Below are positions 59,221 to 64,000 of a stretch of DNA of 64,000 bases, piece by piece. The number at the start of each line of letters is the position of its first letter. The stretch's first letter is position 1. The DNA is from an uncultured delta proteobacterium. GTDB taxonomy: Bacteria; Desulfobacterota; Desulfobaccia; Desulfobaccales; 0-14-0-80-60-11. The translations under genes were made by a program, and so were the position numbers. Under the pieces are notes generated by a model. The model saw only the letters and a list, made by a program, of their open reading frames with translations. It was not told the origin of the DNA and made no database searches. Location: positions 2,062-66,061 of the forward strand of contig CAVPIX010000010.1 in NCBI GenBank assembly GCA_963705115.1, given 5' to 3'.

Positions 59221-60711
59221 TTAAGGGGAAGGGGAAGAAGACAAGCTTTTCGGGCGAATGCCTGGTTTTTTCCTTTTGCTGGAGGACAGCACCCCCAGCA
59301 TGCCCCGGTATTTGGCCACGGTGCGCCGGGCAATGATCACATTGTCCTCGCGCAGCATCTCAGCGATCTCCTGGTCACTCAAGGGATTTTCGGGGTTTTC
59401 AGATTGGACGATCTGGCGGATCTTTTCCTTGACGCTTTCTGAAGCAATCTGATCTCCCAGGGCCAGATTGAGGCCGCTGTTGAAAAAGTATTTCATATCC
59501 AACAACCCCTGAGGGGTGTGGATGTATTTGCCGGTGGTCACCCGGCTGATGGTGGACTCGTGCATCTGCACATCTTCCGCCACCTGGCGCAGGGTAAGGG
59601 GTTTTAAATAGGCCAGGCCGTTATCCAGAAAATCGGACTGGAAGCGCACGATGCTCTCGGACACCCGGTACAGGGTCTTTTGCCGCTGATGAATGCTCCG
59701 AATAAACCAGAGGGCGCTGTCCAGGTGTTTTTGGATGTAGGCCCGGGCCGAATCGCTGAGCTTTTCCGGGTTGCGCAAGGCCTCCAGATAGAAGGTGCTT
59801 ACCCGGAGTTTGGGGAGGCCGTCCTCGTTTAAGGTGATGACATATTCATCCCCCACCTTTTGCACAAAAACGTCGGGGTTGATATAAGCAGGGTCCTCCA
59901 GGTCAAAGCTGCGGCCCGGCTTGGGATCCAGTTGGCCGATCACTTCCCCGGCCTCGAAGACATCCTCCACCGACACCTTCAGGTCCCGGGCGATGGCATG
60001 GTAATTCCGGTTGGCCAGATTGGTGAGGTGGCGGTTGATGATGGCTTCCACCAGAGGTTCTTCGACCCCCAGGGCCTTAATCTGTATAAGGAGACATTCT
60101 CTCAGGTCCCGGGCCGCCACGCCGGTGGGGTCAAAACTCTGGACGATTTTGAGGACCGACTCCACCCGGGCAGGCGCCACCTCCAGTTCCTGGGCGATCT
60201 CTTCCACCGAGGCCTGCAGATAGCCCTGGGAGTCCAGATTACCGATGATCAGGTGGGCAAGGCGTTCATCCCCTTCGTCCAGTTCGGCCATGTGCATCTG
60301 CCAGGTCAGGTGGGATTTGAGGGAAGTTCTCTGCGCATTGAGATTTTCAAAGGACGGAATTTCCCGTTCTTCGTGTTCCCTGAAGGAAGGGGTCGCTTCC
60401 TGGTCCCGGAAAAAATTCGTCCAATCCCAGTCATCCAGAGGACTCTTACCCTCTGTGTCCTCCTTGGGAGAGGTGTCTTCGGCGGCAGCCTCAGCGCTGG
60501 GACCCGGCGCCCAGCTTTCCCCCTCTGTGGGTTCCGGCGTCCGGTCTTCGGTTTGGATGTCCTCGAGTATGGGGTTGGCTTCCAGGGCCTGGTGGATCTC
60601 GTCCAAAAGCTCCATGCGGGAGAGTTGCAGCAGCTTGATGGCCTGCTGCAACTTCTGGGTCATGATAAGCGTTTGACTGAGTTTGAGGCTCTGGCGGATC
60701 TCTAATGCCAT
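59221..60711 (-). CDS. rpoN: RNA polymerase sigma-54 factor
   Basis: It has a Gln/Leu-rich region I (LKLSQTLIMTQKLQQAIKLLQLS), an acidic region II, and the RpoN box ARRTVAKYR. Confidence 0.95.
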   Translation of the reverse strand: MALEIRQSLKLSQTLIMTQKLQQAIKLLQLSRMELLDEIHQALEANPILEDIQTEDRTPEPTEGESWAPGPSAEAAAEDTSPKEDTEGKSPLDDWDWTNFFRDQEATPSFREHEEREIPSFENLNAQRTSLKSHLTWQMHMAELDEGDERLAHLIIGNLDSQGYLQASVEEIAQELEVAPARVESVLKIVQSFDPTGVAARDLRECLLIQIKALGVEEPLVEAIINRHLTNLANRNYHAIARDLKVSVEDVFEAGEVIGQLDPKPGRSFDLEDPAYINPDVFVQKVGDEYVITLNEDGLPKLRVSTFYLEALRNPEKLSDSARAYIQKHLDSALWFIRSIHQRQKTLYRVSESIVRFQSDFLDNGLAYLKPLTLRQVAEDVQMHESTISRVTTGKYIHTPQGLLDMKYFFNSGLNLALGDQIASESVKEKIRQIVQSENPENPLSDQEIAEMLREDNVIIARRTVAKYRGMLGVLSSSKRKKPGIRPKSLSSSPSP

Positions 60712-60776
60712 ACGATAACCTTATACCCTGGCCCACGGAGAAGCAAGGTCGTTAGCGCTGATTGTCACTTAAAATA

Positions 60777-61500
60777 TTATAACGTAAAGCCTTCGCCCAA
60801 GTAAATCCTTTTAGCCAGTTCGCTGTTGACCACATGGTCAGGGGTGCCCTCCTCGATAATCACCCCCTCGTTCAACAGGTAGGCCCGGTCGCAGACCCAC
60901 AGAGTTTCCCGGACATTGTGATCGGAAATGAGGATCCCCAGCCCCCGTTCTTTTAACTGGCGGATAATATTTTGGATATCGGTCACCGCCAGGGGATCGA
61001 TGCCGGCAAAGGGCTCATCCAGGATGATGAAATGGGGAGAGGTGACCAGGGCCCGGGTAATTTCCAGCCGCCGCCTCTCGCCGCCGGAGAGGGAAGAGGC
61101 TTTCTGTCCGGCCAGGTGGGTGATGCGCAAATCCCCCAGCAGCTTGTGCAGGCGTTCCTCCCGGACCTGGGGGTCCGGCTCCATGGTCTCGAGAATGGCC
61201 AGAATATTTTCGGCCACCGTGAGCTTGCGGAAAACGGAGGATTCCTGGGGCAGATACTGCAAGCCTTTGCGGGCCCGCTGGTAAATGGGCAGCTGGGAGA
61301 TATCCTCCCCGTCCAGGATGATGGCCCCCGCGGTCGGGCCGCAGCAGGCCCAGGACCATGAAAAAGGTGGTGGTTTTGCCCGCGCCGTTGGGGCCCAAAA
61401 GCCCCACCACTTCGCCGCTTCCCACCTCCAGGGTGACGTCGTCCACCACCTTGCGGCCGTCGTAGGTTTTGCTGAGATGTTCCAGGAGCAGTCGGTGCAT
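60777..61500 (-). CDS. lptB: LPS export ABC transporter ATP-binding protein LptB (frame break in C5 run 61325-61329)
   Basis: [19 protein letters not shown]...[14 protein letters not shown] is in one frame. [38 protein letters not shown] and [11 protein letters not shown] are in the other. Confidence 0.85.
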
Positions 61501-61516
61501 GGGGCGCCTGTGCGAG

Positions 61517-62216
61517 CTACCGGGGCCTGCCCGTTCGGGAAGCGGGTTTGGGGCTTTTGGGAGCAAAAAACTCTTCCGGGGTCTTCCCCTCTTGCGCCGT
61601 CTGGTACAGGTGGGCTTCCACCCGCTGTTGGGGGGAGCTGTCCACCACCACCTTTTTGGAGGTCAGGTTTATGGTGATTTTTGAGCCCTTCAGGTGGTTT
61701 TCCCCCCGCCACACCTGGGGCTGGCCCAAAAGGACAATCTCGTCTGTATCCCGGTAATAAATGGCCTTTTCCCCGGTGGCCACCCGGTCGCCCTGGACAT
61801 AGCGCACGTTGCCCCAGGCTTCGATGCGGTCGAGCTCATCCCCGCCCAGGTCCCCCAGGGGGGAGCTTTCCTTGCTTTTCCCGGCTGGGGCTGCGGCCCC
61901 CCGGACCTTCTCTTGGGGCTTGTAGATCACCAGCAGCTTGTCGGCATAAAGGTTGGCGTCGCCATACTCCGCTTTCACCTGGCCCTTAAAGACAATGAGA
62001 CGCTGGTCCTGATCGGCCTCCATCTGGGCCGCGGTAATGCGCAGCGGCACCTCGCTTTTCTGGCCGGCCGCCGCGGCTTTCTGGGGGGGTGGAGGGGAGC
62101 CGGCCGGCGGGACAAGCCCCTTCCTGCCCCCAAGCCTGGGTTCCCGCCGCCAGGAGCAACCATAGCCCCAGAAACAGGGCCGTCAACCGCCGCCGTGATA
62201 GTCCCGTCCCGGTCAC
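61517..62216 (-). CDS. lptA: LPS transport periplasmic protein LptA (frame break in C4 run 62117-62120)
   Basis: The signal peptide (GTG)[29 protein letters not shown] is in one frame. The OstA-like body [24 protein letters not shown]...ATGEKAIYY is in the next frame. Confidence 0.7.
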
Positions 62217-62728
62217 AGGAGCCCTTTCTCCAGCTTCAGTTTGGTCAGGCGGTGTTGCTTCAAGACCAGGCGCTTTTTGGCGAGATCAAGGTACAGGTCT
62301 TTGCCGGTCATCTCGAGCCGGGGCCCCTGCAAAGTGACCTCCGCCGGGGCCACCAGGGCCCGCTCCTGGGGGAGATACTGGATTTCTGAGGTGAACATGG
62401 TTATATCTCCCTTCTGCAGCTTCACCCCGCCCTTGACGGTCATGTCCCGCTTCTTGGTGTTAACCAGGCCTTCATCGGCCCAGAGGCGCACCACTTCCTG
62501 GTCCGAGGCGCCATAAAACTCGAGATAGATATGGTGGATGCGGATTTCATCGCGATTGGTCAGGTACTCGGCCTTCTCGGCGTCCAGCTTCCAGCGCTTC
62601 CCCCCCTTTTCGATGTCGGTGAGGGACAGGCTTTCCATCTGGGCCTTTTTCTCAGGGGGTTTCTCGGGCTGAGGGGGCGGCGGCGGCGGACTGAGATACC
62701 ACCACAGGCCCCCCGCCGTCAGCCCCAC
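62213..62728 (-). CDS. lptC: LPS export system protein LptC
   Basis: It is an anchor-type protein followed by a beta-jellyroll pattern (W.L.A..A.Y......I....V.L.FY), positioned upstream of lptA. The N-terminal TM appears cut short at the GTG start, and the frame stays open upstream (RPLLYLILVG). Confidence 0.65.
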   Translation of the reverse strand: MGLTAGGLWWYLSPPPPPPQPEKPPEKKAQMESLSLTDIEKGGKRWKLDAEKAEYLTNRDEIRIHHIYLEFYGASDQEVVRLWADEGLVNTKKRDMTVKGGVKLQKGDITMFTSEIQYLPQERALVAPAEVTLQGPRLEMTGKDLYLDLAKKRLVLKQHRLTKLKLEKGLL

Positions 62729-63129
62729 CAGGATAAGATAGAGCAGGGGCCTGGAGACGAGACCCCAGACCCGCTCCCAGCCGCTCCGTGGGGGCGGGGT
62801 GGGGGCCGTGGCTCCAGGCCTGGCTCCGGCGCGGGCGCAGTCCTGCGCCCGGTTATCCCTGCGTCATCTGCTCATCTTGAGATGGTCCACCCTTTTTCCA
62901 GGAGATCTCTTGGCGAGTCTGTCGGCACTTTCCGGCCGAAAAATGAGGCCTTTGAAAAAATATTAAATATTTTTACAGCTTCCCGGGCTGGCGTTCAGCC
63001 GCCACAAGGGTACTATACAGCTTTTTCCTTATTTTACAAAATGGTCTTATCAGGAGGAAAATCTTATGCCGAGTTCCTTTAAAAAGATAACATTTTAAAA
63101 TAATTAGCTTTGATGGGCACATTAGCCCT

Positions 63130-63860
63130 GGCGGCCAACGTCTGCCATGACATAGCAGGCTATGCCTTGCGGCCACAGGCTAATTGTTGCATTTGAACGG
63201 AACTCGGTGTAAACCGAGGTGCAGTCAAACAGTTATTTATCGTAGGGGCGCAATTTATTGCGTCTTTAGGGCTTGATGAATCAAGCCCTGCAGAGGGGGG
63301 AGAGGAATTGGGGGGCGTGGCTTGCCCTGCCCTAAGGTGAGGGTTTTTCGTTCCCAAGCTCCCGCCTGGGAACCAGATTGGACGCAAGCCCTGCTTGGCA
63401 GTTTCGAATACCCGAATAATAGAAAACTCCCCTGCTAATCGGCAGGTTTTCCAGGCTAAACTTGGGGGCCATTGGCCTTGCCGGGCAGGTGCATGGGAAC
63501 GAGCAGCGATGTCGTGTGTTCCACGCAAAACCATGCGGATTAACCAGGAGGGTACGATTCATACCAGGCTGCAATCAAAGGGTGGCACAGGCTGAAGCCT
63601 GCGGCTACAAAACATTGCTCATAGAATGCAGCTCGGTATCACGCCCTAATTCTGGCGAGTAAAACGCACCCTGCAAAAGGCATTTCCAGAGCAAACGGCA
63701 AACCTCGGTGGGGCGGGCGTCCTAGCCGCCAATATGGTCCGCATGGATATAGGGAATTATTCGTTTAAAAGCCGTTCGGTGTAATACTTAGGGTCAATTA
63801 TGCAGGGTGGGCTCCGCCCACCCGTTATGCGGCGGGCAGTGCCCACCCTACATTAACTTG
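63130..63860. repeat. large hairpin-module cluster in the kdsC-lptC gap
   Basis: It contains GTAGGGGCGCAATTTATTGCGTC, GGGCTTGATGAATCAAGCCC, GGTGGCACAGGCTGAAGCCTGCGGCTAC (63581-63608), GGGGCGGGCGTCCTAGCCGCC and GGTGGGCTCCGCCCACC...GGGCAGTGCCCACCCTAC. Confidence 0.75.
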
Positions 63861-63878
63861 AAACTTTTCAGGAGAGCT

Positions 63879-64000
63879 TTAACCAGTGGCAGGGCGCCAC
63901 ATTTCCAAAAGTTCTTCCCAAACGCCCCTGGCTTTGAGGATGAGGTCGGTGACTTCCCGCACCGCGCCCTGACCGCCTGGGTTGGCGGTCACCCAATGGG
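63879..64000 (-). CDS. kdsC: KDO 8-phosphate phosphatase, C-terminal end (gene continues beyond window)
   Basis: The translation ...HWVTANPGGQGAVREVTDLILKARGVWEELL... matches the KdsC C-terminus (T...GG.GAVRE..DLIL.AQG). Confidence 0.55.
   Translation of the reverse strand, partial: HWVTANPGGQGAVREVTDLILKARGVWEELLEMWRPATG

Noticed and set aside
61325-61329. Programmed ribosomal frameshifting in lptB (and other broken genes)
   Set aside because: No slippery heptamer or stimulatory-structure logic is shared among the sites. A common link to mononucleotide runs points to indel error.

Overview
This is a 64-kb chromosomal segment that looks high in G+C by eye (not computed). It comes from a diderm, sigma-54-using bacterium. 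Gene content (kdsC-lptCAB-rpoN-hpf-ptsN-rapZ, FolE2, ThiDN, DUF39 homocysteine synthesis, HgdB/HgdC-type redox pair) suggests an anaerobic Thermodesulfobacteriota ('deltaproteobacterial') lineage, but that is inference only. Most genes are housekeeping: prmA, greA-like, CDF exporter, Lon-like protease, folE2, hisD, rnr, murI, ABC-2 exporter, ruvB, livHMGF, folC, tatD, yggS, mgtC and thiDN. Four things stand out. (1) A polysaccharide locus at 1-9.1 kb holds a strongly AT-rich ~3-kb island next to an IS1595 transposase remnant. (2) Several poorly understood modules are present: an orphan QatC/QueC-like PP-loop enzyme beside an AT-rich orphan gene and a MITE; a YcaO-TPR fusion with a gate-domain membrane protein; a Lon-like protease with a degenerate Walker A followed by two chagasin-like inhibitors; a sensor-less sigma-54 activator coupled to a Rossmann/Cys protein; a DUF39 + two PP-loop sulfur cluster; and a mgtC / HgdB-like / activator / APH-kinase / ThiDN operon. 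(3) Nearly every intergenic gap longer than 200 bp is filled with modular GC-rich hairpin repeats, including multi-copy composite elements and one element with terminal inverted repeats and a target-site duplication. (4) At least 15 single-nucleotide frame disruptions occur, and those inspected at base level mostly lie in or next to short homopolymer runs; they include essential genes (lptA, lptB), so assembly error is more likely than biology. No rRNA, tRNA or CRISPR array was recognised. All calls rest on reading translated motifs by eye; no database search or computation was possible.
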